DNA of 64,000 nt from Thermoanaerobaculia bacterium (GCA_963664405.1 OY761158.1:544001-608000); one strand, 5' to 3'. Positions 18,684-28,470 are shown, numbered from the stretch's first letter. The notes: generated by a model not told the origin, from the sequence alone. Numbers and translations are program-made.

Positions 18684-19316
18684 ATGACCGACTGGCAACT
18701 CACAGATCTCGTCGACTACCTCCGCGGCGCCAGCCATGCCGAGACCACGGAGGCAATCAAACAGGATCTCGCGGCCGGGAATCGAGAAGCCCGCGCCGAC
18801 CTCGACCTCTTCGGCGAAGTCGCAGCGGTGGTAAGCACCGACTTCTCCGACACCCCCCCCGAATCGGCCCTTCGAGCGGCAAGAGCCGCCTTCACCCTGA
18901 CCTCGCCCTTCAGCACCTCGGCACCTCCATTTCTAGAAACGCAAAAAATAGGGAACTCCGACGCGGCCTCGCAGACCGTCGGTTTGCGCGGACCGGCGAG
19001 AGATCACCAAGACCTGCACTTTCGCGGCGCAGGCTTCGATCTCGAGCTCAGCGTGGACATGCCGACCGAGAGCAGCGACGTCGTGATCGTCGGCCGCCTG
19101 TCGAAAGCGGCCTCGCAGCCGTGGAGCATCGATGAGGTGCCGGCTCTCCTCATCAGCCGCGACGAGCCCCTCGCCTCGACGGTGACCAACCGCTTCGGTG
19201 AGTTCCATGTGCAATGTCACAGCGAAGACAGCGTCGAGCTCCGCATTCTTGTCCCAGATCTTGGCCAGATTCGTATTCCCCTCGAGCTCCCCGAGTCGGG
19301 CGACGCCCCGTCCTGA
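18684..19316 (+). CDS. soluble anti-sigma-like protein (degenerate zf-HC2-type N-terminus, beta-rich C-terminal domain)
   Basis: LVDYLRG...EAIKQDLAAGNREA resembles an anti-sigma domain lacking Zn ligands; no TM segment; directly upstream of the ECF sigma gene. Confidence 0.55.
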   Translation: MTDWQLTDLVDYLRGASHAETTEAIKQDLAAGNREARADLDLFGEVAAVVSTDFSDTPPESALRAARAAFTLTSPFSTSAPPFLETQKIGNSDAASQTVGLRGPARDHQDLHFRGAGFDLELSVDMPTESSDVVIVGRLSKAASQPWSIDEVPALLISRDEPLASTVTNRFGEFHVQCHSEDSVELRILVPDLGQIRIPLELPESGDAPS

Positions 19317-19323
19317 AACACCA

Positions 19324-19899
19324 GTGACGGATCCGCCCTCCTCCAGCTGGGATGACGCAGCCCTAGTTGACGCCTGCATCAGCGGCAGTCAGGAGGGCTG
19401 GGACGCACTAATTCTCAAGTATCAGAACCTGGTGTGGGCGATCATCCGGCGCAGCGGGGCAGCCAGCGGTGAGGAGGAGGACGCTTTTCAGGCGGTATGG
19501 CTCGACGTCTACAACGAGCTCGAGAACCTTCGCAGTCGAGAGTCTCTGCAAGCCTGGATCGCCACCGTCACCCGCCACAAGTGCTACCACTGGCGCGCCA
19601 AGCGTCGAAGACTACCGCAGGGCCTAGACGAGACCTGGGCCAACGCGATCCCCGACCAAAACGCACTTCCAGAGGAGGCTCTCGAGCGACTCGACCGAGA
19701 TCAAAAGATTCGGCTGGCCATTCATAGCCTGCAGCCGGAGTGCCGGGAGCTCCTGGCCCGGCTCTTCCTCAGTGATCCTCCACGGCTCTACCGCGAGATT
19801 GCCGAAGAGCTTGGAATGGCGATCGGGTCGATCGGCTCGCTGCGGTCCCGATGTCTCGAGAGGCTCAAGGAGGAGCTGGTTCGCCAGGGGCTGCCGTAG
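19324..19899 (+). CDS. ECF-type sigma-70 factor
   Basis: DAALVDACISGSQEGWDALI, EDAFQAVW, AWIATV, YREIAEELGMAIGSIGSLRSRCLERL; probable GTG start at 19324. Confidence 0.92.
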   Translation: MTDPPSSSWDDAALVDACISGSQEGWDALILKYQNLVWAIIRRSGAASGEEEDAFQAVWLDVYNELENLRSRESLQAWIATVTRHKCYHWRAKRRRLPQGLDETWANAIPDQNALPEEALERLDRDQKIRLAIHSLQPECRELLARLFLSDPPRLYREIAEELGMAIGSIGSLRSRCLERLKEELVRQGLP

Positions 19900-20218
19900 G
19901 CTCGCCCAAGAAGTCCTCCGCCAGGATCGCCGTCGCCGCTTCGAGCTCGGACGCCGGCACCACCACGTGAACGGACCCCAGAGCGCCAAAGGTCACCGGC
20001 TCCTGATGATAGAGCAGAGAGTAGACCTTGGAGCGAACACCGCGACTCCGCAGAAGACCCGCCACCAGCGCAGCATCGTGCTCCGTGCCCTCGGTTCTCA
20101 CCACCTCCCACGCTTCGTCCGCGGGCCGCTCCGGCAGAGTCTCGACCAAATCGACGAGGCAGTCTGGGCAACGATCGATGCCGGATCGGAACTCGCCATC
20201 ACAGACCGGACAGAACAA
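19865..20218 (-). CDS. DUF2007-like small protein with N-terminal CPxC...CPDC
   Basis: MFCPVCDGEFRSGIDRCPDC; AALVAGLLRSRGV; VHVVVP. Confidence 0.7.
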   Translation of the reverse strand: MFCPVCDGEFRSGIDRCPDCLVDLVETLPERPADEAWEVVRTEGTEHDAALVAGLLRSRGVRSKVYSLLYHQEPVTFGALGSVHVVVPASELEAATAILAEDFLGEPTAAPGEPAPP

Positions 20219-20383
20219 GAGTTAGTGTCCTGTATCAGTGGTTCGTTGCATAAATCGCGCAGTCATTTTGTGGGCTGCCAAGGCGCGCCGACGAAGTCAT
20301 ATTGGGTATATTTCGAGGAGGTGCAACGACGGCAGGACGCAAAAGGGCCAGCGAGTTATGTGACGAACTACTGGTACAGGACA

Positions 20384-21547
20384 CTAGGCTCCCTCTACCA
20401 GTCTCCCGACCGACCTCAATACCAGTCCCAACGGTGACGAGCTCTCGACCTCGACCTCGAGCTCACCCGGCAATCCATGCTCGAGCACGATCCCGGCAGG
20501 CACGCCCGGTTCGATACTGAACTCCACTCGGACCCTGCCATCGCGGGCCTCTGAGTCTACGTTCGATACTCGAGCCTCGACGCTCCCGTAATGGGTCCAT
20601 GGGTACCCATCGAGCCGTAGGCGCGCACGTTGCCCCGGTCGGATGCGACCGACGGCCTTGCCGGGCTCGAACTCGGCCACCACGACATGCCCCCTGTCAC
20701 TCTCAGGCACGATCGCACAAAGCTGATCGCCCGCCGCAACGTAGGCGCCCTGGAGAAGAGACTCCGCGATCTTAGCGACCGTACCGCTGACGGGCGCTCT
20801 GATCGAGCGTTGCCCGAGCTCTACCTCTAGCCGCTCCTCGGTTCTTTCAGAAGTGTCGATCGAGCCGCGCAACTGACTTGCCTGCCGGTGCAGACCCTCG
20901 ATGTCACTCCGGCGATCCCTCTCCTCGATTCGCAGTTGCTCCTGACGCCGCGCCACCGCCGTACGACGCTGCGACTCGATCGCCTGAGCCATCGCCATCT
21001 CCGACTTCGCCTTCTCGAGATCTCGAACCGATTGCACCCCCTGCTCTTTCAGTTCCAGGACCTTGGCGTGATTGGAGACCGCGAACTCTCTCGCCGCCTC
21101 GGCTTCGTTCAAAGAGGCCTCCAGCTCCTCTACCTCCAGGCGGGCCGCGTTCTTCAACTGCGCCAGCGCCTTCTCCTCGGAAGCGATCTCGCCGCTGAGG
21201 TCGGTCAACTCCGATTCGCTCCCTCTACGCGCGGACTGCCTCTCGGCCAATTGCAGCTCCTCGGTGCGGGGGTCCAACTCGAGCAGAAGGTCACCGGCTT
21301 CGACTCGTCTCCCCAGCGAGATGTGAGTCGCGACAACTCTTCCAGATACGGGCGCGGCAACCGCATGGCTCGCGCCACGAACCTCCACCCGAGCCGTCTC
21401 ACTCACTTCGTAGAGAGAGATGCTGGCGAAGAAGAACCACAAGCCCCAGGCGGTCAGGAGCAACAGCGAAGCCACCAGCATGACTGCTGAGAACCGGAAC
21501 GAATCCGCCTCTAAGGAGCGCGCAGAGCGTGAGAATGGGATCGCCAT
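20384..21547 (-). CDS. HlyD-family membrane fusion protein
   Basis: N-terminal TM, VAAPVSGRV, coiled coil, IRAPVSGTV, YPWTHYG. Confidence 0.92.
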   Translation of the reverse strand: MAIPFSRSARSLEADSFRFSAVMLVASLLLLTAWGLWFFFASISLYEVSETARVEVRGASHAVAAPVSGRVVATHISLGRRVEAGDLLLELDPRTEELQLAERQSARRGSESELTDLSGEIASEEKALAQLKNAARLEVEELEASLNEAEAAREFAVSNHAKVLELKEQGVQSVRDLEKAKSEMAMAQAIESQRRTAVARRQEQLRIEERDRRSDIEGLHRQASQLRGSIDTSERTEERLEVELGQRSIRAPVSGTVAKIAESLLQGAYVAAGDQLCAIVPESDRGHVVVAEFEPGKAVGRIRPGQRARLRLDGYPWTHYGSVEARVSNVDSEARDGRVRVEFSIEPGVPAGIVLEHGLPGELEVEVESSSPLGLVLRSVGRLVEGA

Positions 21548-21618
21548 CGCCGGGTCTCGGGGCTAAAGAGTCGAGGGGCTAGTTAGAGAAGTATACAGAG
21601 GAGCAAATAATGGGCCTA

Positions 21619-23853
21619 TCAGACCACCTCGAGCAGCGCCCCGTCGTCTCGCCTCGCGACCACTCTCCCGATCCTCGCGACAGGTGTCGCCGCAGCAAGA
21701 GACCTCGACAGATCGGGCACCAGCCCGGGATCGACCCCAAACAGGAGCCCACCCGAAGTCTGCGGATCGAAGAGGAGCTCCAGGCGTGGATCCCCAGTGA
21801 GCCTCGGCTCCACCACGATGCCCCTACGAGCGCGCTCGTTCTCGGCATGAAAGGTACTGCGCAGACCTCGGGCGAGAAGCGCCTCCGCACCCTCGAGAGC
21901 AGGAAGGCTGTCGAGCTCCACCGAGCTGCTGGCACCGCTGGCACGAAGCATCTCGCCCAAGTGACCGGCGAGCCCGAAACCGGTCACATCAGTTGCCGCC
22001 TCGACTCCGTAAGATCGCAGCACCTCGAAAGCCGCTGCGTTGCTTTCGAGCACCGAGAGCAGAGCACCCTCCAGCCAGCGGCCCCGGGCCAGACCTTGCA
22101 TGTCACTATGGAAGATCACACCAGTGCCCAAACGCTTGGTCAGGAGCAACTCCTGTCCCTCCCGCAGTGCGTCGAGCCGAAAGAGCGCAGCCTCCGATTC
22201 CGCAAAGCCATCGACCGAGAAGCCCACCATCAATCGAGCTGCCGTCGTGGTGTGGCCGCCGAGAAGCCGAACCCCGAGTGCCCCGAATGCGGCCCTGGCT
22301 CCCGACAACGCCTGGAACAGGATCTCTTCCGCCTCCACGCTGTCGCTGCTCTCAGGCACCGCAACCAACGCCATGGCGTAGCGCGGTCGCACACCCGTCG
22401 CCAGTAGATCGGAGGCAGCGTTTACCGCCGCCGCTCCGCCAACAGACCAGGCGTCATCCGTAAAGGCGCTGAACATGTCGACACTGGTGGCAAGCAGTTG
22501 GCCCCCGGGCATGCGCACCGCCGCTGCATCGTCGGCGCTATCGAGGCCGAGGACGACATCGCCATCGCCATCGCCATGGTCAGGCCCCACTCGCTCCAAT
22601 GCGCGCTGAAGCACGGTCTGCCCCACTTTTGCAGCGCAACCGCCACATAGCATCGACATCTCGCGGTTCATTGCCGGGAACTCCTCCGAGAGCTCTCCCT
22701 CCCTGCTCAAAACCTGAAAACGACGCATGAAGCGGCGATCAATCCAGTCCTTCAACCGCATCACCCAGCGCCCCTCGAAAGAGAGCCTCCACTTACTACC
22801 AATGGCAGTCCCGTCGCCGAGATTGAGCAAGGCAAGGAAGTCGGACTGCGGCCGATACCGGCGCAGCTCACCCTCGTCGAGGGCGGCGCGAAGGTTGTCG
22901 ATCAGATAGGGCCCCTGCCGAACCGCATAGACCCCGGCCTTCGCCGTGCCGGGGTGGTCTCGCAGCGTCGCGCAGTCGCCCACGGCGAAAATATCGTCGT
23001 GGCCATCTACCTGTAGGGTTGGCCGCGCGCACACAAAGCCCTGGGCGTCCACCGTCAGCCCCGAGCCGGCAAACAGGCCATGACCTGCGGCACCCGTGAC
23101 CCAAAGCAGAAGGTCGAAGTCGACCTCGCCTCCCCCCTCGAGCAAGACCCGACCCTCCTCCGCGGAGGCGACCTTGGCGCCGCAGCGAACTTCGATACCG
23201 CGAGCCTCAGCCCGCTCCATCACCCGCTTCACCAGACTTGGTGGCGAGCCCAGCAGGATCCGATCTTCTGCGTGCAGCAGAACGATCTCCACACCTTCAA
23301 GCCCCTCCCTTTGCAGCCGGACCTGAAGGGTGAAGGCCAGCTCGACACCGGCGACGCCGCCCCCCACCAGTACGGCCCTGAATCGGCCGGACTCTGCGTC
23401 CGCGCTTGCGCGCTTCACCGCCGCGTCGACAGAGTGAACAAAGCGGCCGATGGGACGCGTCGGCCGGGCGTATTCCCGCACTCCGGGCAGGTCGAGTCCG
23501 CGCACTGTAGAGCCGACATCGAAAGACACCACATCGTATGGAACCGGCGGACGACCGACGAGGAGCACCTTCTTCTCCTCAGGGTCCACGCCTTCCGCGG
23601 GCGCGAGAATCACTCGAGCACCGGCACGCCGCGCCAGAGGCACTACGTCGATCTCGAGCTCGTGCTCGTCGTACTGACCCGCGACGAAGCCCGGGACCAT
23701 ACCGGAGTACACCGCGATCGGCGTGTCGAGGACCACCGTGATGCGCGTCGCCGCCGGCGGCGCCATCGCGAACCGCCGTAGCACCTGAACGTGGGTGTGC
23801 CCGCCGCCGACGAGAACCAGCTCTCGCATATGAGTCGGAGTGACCAAATCCAC
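21619..23853 (-). CDS. selD: selenide,water dikinase fused to an N-terminal pyridine nucleotide-disulfide oxidoreductase
   Basis: LVLVGGGHTH, FAVGDCA, KAGVYAVRQG; CGGCAAKVG, DDAA, GGHT, ATDVTGFGLAGHLGEM, DPQTSGGLL. Confidence 0.93.
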   Translation of the reverse strand: MDLVTPTHMRELVLVGGGHTHVQVLRRFAMAPPAATRITVVLDTPIAVYSGMVPGFVAGQYDEHELEIDVVPLARRAGARVILAPAEGVDPEEKKVLLVGRPPVPYDVVSFDVGSTVRGLDLPGVREYARPTRPIGRFVHSVDAAVKRASADAESGRFRAVLVGGGVAGVELAFTLQVRLQREGLEGVEIVLLHAEDRILLGSPPSLVKRVMERAEARGIEVRCGAKVASAEEGRVLLEGGGEVDFDLLLWVTGAAGHGLFAGSGLTVDAQGFVCARPTLQVDGHDDIFAVGDCATLRDHPGTAKAGVYAVRQGPYLIDNLRAALDEGELRRYRPQSDFLALLNLGDGTAIGSKWRLSFEGRWVMRLKDWIDRRFMRRFQVLSREGELSEEFPAMNREMSMLCGGCAAKVGQTVLQRALERVGPDHGDGDGDVVLGLDSADDAAAVRMPGGQLLATSVDMFSAFTDDAWSVGGAAAVNAASDLLATGVRPRYAMALVAVPESSDSVEAEEILFQALSGARAAFGALGVRLLGGHTTTAARLMVGFSVDGFAESEAALFRLDALREGQELLLTKRLGTGVIFHSDMQGLARGRWLEGALLSVLESNAAAFEVLRSYGVEAATDVTGFGLAGHLGEMLRASGASSSVELDSLPALEGAEALLARGLRSTFHAENERARRGIVVEPRLTGDPRLELLFDPQTSGGLLFGVDPGLVPDLSRSLAAATPVARIGRVVARRDDGALLEVV

Positions 23854-24368
23854 GTACCGGCCCGATCCCTATGCGCGCGCCAACTCGACGACGACTCTCG
23901 ACAAAGCCTGGGTGAAGCCGACCATCTTCGGCAGATCCCCGGCTTCGGACCAACGATCAGCAGTTTCCGGAGCGGCGAGGAGGTCCTTGCGGGTAACAGC
24001 ATCTGACCCTAGAGGCAGACGAGTCCGATCCTGTGTCTGAGGGTTGCTCATCTCGATCTACTTCGACAGGGGCCGCGTCCAGAGCCTACAACAGCCCTGC
24101 CCTCAGCTGCTTCCCCTCGAAACCGGGCCACCGGGCTCGCCTCGCGAGGCTCTCCCAAGCCCAGCCGCTAGCAACGAATATGAGCCACGCCAGCGACGCC
24201 ATGTAGCGATATGCCAACTTAGTGTGCATACCAAGATTGACAAAATAATGTACATGCGACTACCATTTCTTGTTAGTGCCTAGCTCCAAGGCAGGACTTT
24301 GAAGCATTAGGCCACTCGCAGGTCCTCTCCGTCCAGAGAGCCGACCAGGCCACATAGCCGGAACACGC

Positions 24369-24983
24369 ATGACCACCGTACTAAGCCCTCCGACCGCCGA
24401 GACCGTCCCAACGCGACGAAAGCTCTTCCAGCAGCAGTCAGAGATCGGAATCGCCCTGTGCCGGCGCGGAGACTGGGATGGCGGAATCGATCGCCTACTT
24501 CGGCTGAAGGAGACCAGCAGCAACGAAGAATGGACACCGGGCCTCGCCTCCTCGTACCTCGGCTACGGGCTCGCCTCCCGGCAGAAGAAGTACGACGAGG
24601 GCCTCCGCTATTGCGAAGCGGCCGTGCGGAGAGAAGTCTGGGAGCCAGACACCTACCTCAACCTCGCCCGCACCCATGTTCTTCGCAAAGACCCGAAGCG
24701 GGCCGTTTCGGCCCTCGAGCGCGGCCTGCAGATCGACCCGGACCACAAAGAGCTCCTGCTCCTCCAAAACAAGCTCGGGAACCGGCGCAAGCTCACTTTC
24801 CCCCTCCTGGCACGCGGCCACTTCCTCAATCGGATCGCCGGAAAGGTCCGGCATGGCTTAGCAACCAATCGCTCGACCAAGGGCGACGCGAAGACGACAG
24901 AATCGCCTACCTCGCAGGCGACTAGCCCCGGAACACGGCCCCCCCTGGTCCGCCCTCCGGCTCAGACCTCCCATAGTAGCTAG
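24369..24983 (+). CDS. TPR-repeat protein
   Basis: SYLGYGLA...YLNLARTH...ALERGLQIDPDH. Confidence 0.75.
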   Translation: MTTVLSPPTAETVPTRRKLFQQQSEIGIALCRRGDWDGGIDRLLRLKETSSNEEWTPGLASSYLGYGLASRQKKYDEGLRYCEAAVRREVWEPDTYLNLARTHVLRKDPKRAVSALERGLQIDPDHKELLLLQNKLGNRRKLTFPLLARGHFLNRIAGKVRHGLATNRSTKGDAKTTESPTSQATSPGTRPPLVRPPAQTSHSS

Positions 24984-25055
24984 TGCTAGTCGCCTGCGTC
25001 GTCGTCTTTTCCCCGGAAGACGGGCTTTGCCCTGCTCCGGCCCAGCCTGCTGCGC

Positions 25056-26861
25056 CTAGCTGTCGTCGGAGCGCAGTACCGAGATAAAGGCTTCCTGGGG
25101 AATCTCGACGGCACCCACCATCTTCATCCGCTTCTTGCCTTCTCTCTGTTTCTCGAGCAGCTTTCTCTTCCGGGTGATGTCGCCGCCGTAGCACTTCGCG
25201 GTTACGTCCTTGCGAAAGGCATTGATCGTCGCACGAGCGATAATCTGCCCACCGATCGCTCCCTGAATGGCGATCTTGAACTGCTGGCGCGGGATCGTAC
25301 CCTTGAGACGCTCGCAGTAGCGAAGCGCCCGAGCCCGAGCGTGCTCGCGATGAATCAACTGCGACAATGCGTCGACCGACTCGCCGTTGACCAGGATGTC
25401 GACCTTGACCAGATCGGTAGCCCGGTAATCCAGGAGCTCGTAGTCGAAGGAACCGTAGCCCTGGGTCACCGTCTTCAGGCGATCGTAAAAATCGAACAAG
25501 ACTTCCGCGAGCGGTAACTCGGACGTAAGCTCGACTCGACCGACAGCCAAGTAATTGTACGTGATCTTCTCGCCACGCCGCTCCCGGCAGAGCTCCATCA
25601 CCGGGCCTACGTAGCGCTCGGGCATCATGATCGAGCCCTGGATATAGGGCTCGGTGACGCTCTTGATCTCACTTGGGTCGGGATACAACGAAGGATTGTC
25701 GACCTCGATGACGCGGTCGTCACTCATCGTCACCACGTATCTCACCGAGGGTGCTGAGAGCACCAACGAGAGTCCGTGCTCCCGCTCCAGACGCTCTTGG
25801 ACGATGTCGAGATGCAGCAGCCCGAGAAAACCGCACCGAAAGCCAAAGCCAAGGGCAACCGACGAGTCCTTCTGATAGGTCAGCGACGCATCGTTGAGCT
25901 TCAGCTTTTCGAGAGCCTTACCCAGATCCGGGTAATCCACCGAAGATACCGGGTACATTGAAGAGAACACCACCGACTTGGCCTCTCGATATCCCGGAAT
26001 GGGAGAGCTCGCCGGACTCTCAGCGTCGGTGATCGTGTCGCCGATGGCGATTTCACTGATGTTCTTGACTCCGGCGATGACATACCCGACGTCCCCTGCA
26101 GCGAGCTCGGGCGTAATGTTGCGCTGCAACTGAAGAGCGCCCACTTCCTCGACTGAGTACTCCTTCTCAGAGTGCATGAGTCGAACCCGCTGTCCCTTTC
26201 GCAGGGTACCCTCGGCGATGCGACAGAACAGAATGACGCCTCGATAGGGATCGTATTGGGCATCAAATATGAGTGCCTGCAGCGCACCATCCCTGTCACC
26301 GGTCGGAGCCGGAAGCTTGTGAATGATCGCTTCGAGCAGCTCGTCGATACCCTCCCCCGTTTTCGCCGAACAGTGAGCCGCTTCGAAGGGGTCGAGTCCG
26401 AGGTCGGCATCGATCTCTTCGTTCACACGCTCGATATCGGCCGAGGGTAGGTCGATTTTGTTGATTACAGGCAAGATCTCCAAGTCGTGCTCGAGGGCCA
26501 GATATAGATTCGCGACCGTCTGTGCCTCTACGCCTTGTGCCGCATCGATCAACAGCAGCGCGCCCTCGCACGACATGAGTGAGCGGCGCACCTCGTGCGA
26601 AAAGTCGACGTGTCCGGGGGTGTCGATCAGATTCAACCGGTACCGCCGACCATCGGCGGCGTCATAGAGCAAGGTGATGGTATTGCTCTTGATCGTGATC
26701 CCTCGCTCCCGCTCGATATCCATCGAGTCGAGGATCTGATCGCGAAAGTCCCGATCCGAGACCCCACCGCAGCGCTGAATCAGACGATCCGCAAGCGTCG
26801 ACTTGCCGTGGTCGATATGGGCAATGACGCAGAAGTTGCGAGTGAGCTCGAGATCGTGCAT
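25056..26861 (-). CDS. lepA: translation elongation factor 4
   Basis: RNFCVIAHIDHGKSTLADR, DTPGHVDF, GFRCGFLGLLH, AKCYGGDITRKRKLLEKQ. Confidence 0.98.
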   Translation of the reverse strand: MHDLELTRNFCVIAHIDHGKSTLADRLIQRCGGVSDRDFRDQILDSMDIERERGITIKSNTITLLYDAADGRRYRLNLIDTPGHVDFSHEVRRSLMSCEGALLLIDAAQGVEAQTVANLYLALEHDLEILPVINKIDLPSADIERVNEEIDADLGLDPFEAAHCSAKTGEGIDELLEAIIHKLPAPTGDRDGALQALIFDAQYDPYRGVILFCRIAEGTLRKGQRVRLMHSEKEYSVEEVGALQLQRNITPELAAGDVGYVIAGVKNISEIAIGDTITDAESPASSPIPGYREAKSVVFSSMYPVSSVDYPDLGKALEKLKLNDASLTYQKDSSVALGFGFRCGFLGLLHLDIVQERLEREHGLSLVLSAPSVRYVVTMSDDRVIEVDNPSLYPDPSEIKSVTEPYIQGSIMMPERYVGPVMELCRERRGEKITYNYLAVGRVELTSELPLAEVLFDFYDRLKTVTQGYGSFDYELLDYRATDLVKVDILVNGESVDALSQLIHREHARARALRYCERLKGTIPRQQFKIAIQGAIGGQIIARATINAFRKDVTAKCYGGDITRKRKLLEKQREGKKRMKMVGAVEIPQEAFISVLRSDDS

Positions 26862-26909
26862 TCGTCGCTCGGAGAATCGAAATTTGTAAGCAAAGGCGAA
26901 GAGCCGTCG

Positions 26910-27386
26910 CTAGACGATTGCAGCCTTGATTCCGAGCTTCTTGCAGATGATCTTCCACTCCGCCGTTGTCACCGGCTGCACCGACAAGCGCTGGCCACGT
27001 CGTAGCAGGGCCATCCCCTCGAGCTCGGCCATCTCACGCAGATCGGGGAGTGAAAGGATCTCTTCGAGAGCAGCCACGAACTCGATATCCACCATCGACC
27101 ACCGCGGGTTGTCGGGATCCGACTTCGGGTCGAAGTGCTTATCTTCCGGGTCGAACTGGGTGTGATCGGTATATGCCTCTTTGCAGACTCTAGCGACCCC
27201 GACGATTCCAGGTGGTTTCGCGACGGAGTGATAAAACAGCACCCCGTCCCCCACTTTCATCGAGCGCATCAAGTTGCGCGCCTGATAATTGCGGACCCCG
27301 TCCCAGTAGATCGACTTGTCTCTCTCGAGATCCGAGATCGAGTAGTCCCCGGGCTCCGTCTTCATCAGCCAGTAGCGTTTCGCCAC
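26910..27386 (-). CDS. EVE domain protein
   Basis: YWLMKTEP, WDGVRNYQARN, FYHS, RLSVQPV; probable GTG start at 27386. Confidence 0.92.
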   Translation of the reverse strand: MAKRYWLMKTEPGDYSISDLERDKSIYWDGVRNYQARNLMRSMKVGDGVLFYHSVAKPPGIVGVARVCKEAYTDHTQFDPEDKHFDPKSDPDNPRWSMVDIEFVAALEEILSLPDLREMAELEGMALLRRGQRLSVQPVTTAEWKIICKKLGIKAAIV

Positions 27387-27397
27387 AATCGACTCCC

Positions 27398-28411
27398 TCA
27401 ACGCGCGATCTGCCCCTCGCGCAGCGGTTGCTGCGGAGAGCGCGGCTCGTCCGGATAGAGATCGGCAACGTACTCTTCGTAGCCGTTGAACATCGCAGTG
27501 TCGAAAGCCTGGTTCGTATCCAGCCAATACGACTGAGCCTGACTCCAGCGAGGATGAGGGATGTTGGGATTGACGTTGGAGATGAAGCCGTACTCGTGAG
27601 CTTGCACCTGCCAGAAGGTCCGGGGCTCCTTGGCGACGAGCTTGATTTTGACGATCGACTTCGGGCTCTTGTAACCAAACTTCCAGGGGACGGCAATACG
27701 AATTGGCGCGCCGTGTTGTTTCGGCAACGGCTCACCGTAGACGCCGGTGACCACCATCGCCAAATCGTTCATCGCTTCGTCGAGCCGCAAGGCCTCGTGA
27801 TAGGGCCACGGGTACCAATGCGCCTCGACCATACCCGGCATCTGCGCGGCTCGGCTCACGGTCTCGAAACGTACGAACTTCGCTTTCGCCGTCGGCTCGA
27901 CCTTGTCGAGAAGCAGGCGCAGTGGGAAGCCACTCCACGGAACATTCATCGCCCAGCGCTCGACGCAGCGAAAGTGATACAAGCGCTCTTCGTGGGGGAA
28001 GGAGAAGAGATCATCGAGGTCGAGCGTCATCGGCTTCGCACACAAGCCGCTGATCTCGATCTTCCAAGGCTCGACCACGAAGTCGTCGACATGCCGCCAG
28101 ACCGGCCCCCCACGCCCAGGGAGGAACTCATAGAAGTTGTTGTGACTGCCGGCCGTCAGTCTCGGGGTCAACTCCTGGCGGAGTCCTTCCGGCAACTCGT
28201 ACTCTTCGTTCCGCTTCGCCGGAAAAACCTTCGAACGGGAAAGAGCGGGCCGGACAATGCGCGCCGCCTCATCCTGCGCAAAACCGGCCCCAGGGAGTGC
28301 CGTAGCGGCGATTCCTGCACCGGCGGCAACCAAAAACCTGCGCCGATCGAAGAAAACTTCCGATGACGTTGCTTGACGGTCCAGAATTGTCGGCTCGAAG
28401 CGCTTAGACAT
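27398..28411 (-). CDS. msrP: protein-methionine-sulfoxide reductase catalytic subunit (molybdopterin, Tat-exported)
   Basis: DRRRFL Tat motif, HNNFYEF, FRCVERW, LRLDEAM, PWKFGYKS, NVNP...HPRWSQA. Confidence 0.93.
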   Translation of the reverse strand: MSKRFEPTILDRQATSSEVFFDRRRFLVAAGAGIAATALPGAGFAQDEAARIVRPALSRSKVFPAKRNEEYELPEGLRQELTPRLTAGSHNNFYEFLPGRGGPVWRHVDDFVVEPWKIEISGLCAKPMTLDLDDLFSFPHEERLYHFRCVERWAMNVPWSGFPLRLLLDKVEPTAKAKFVRFETVSRAAQMPGMVEAHWYPWPYHEALRLDEAMNDLAMVVTGVYGEPLPKQHGAPIRIAVPWKFGYKSPKSIVKIKLVAKEPRTFWQVQAHEYGFISNVNPNIPHPRWSQAQSYWLDTNQAFDTAMFNGYEEYVADLYPDEPRSPQQPLREGQIAR

Positions 28412-28470
28412 AGCCCCTCCTTGGATGCTCATTGTAGCGCGCGGCCGCCGATGACTGGCAGACGAGTCGC

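Noticed and set aside
7281-21547. Classical modified RiPP or bacteriocin cluster
   Set aside because: No tailoring enzyme or evident immunity gene is present, and the cores are 8-mers that are not cationic. The only radical SAM nearby is epmB, explained by efp/epmA. Modification in trans cannot be excluded.
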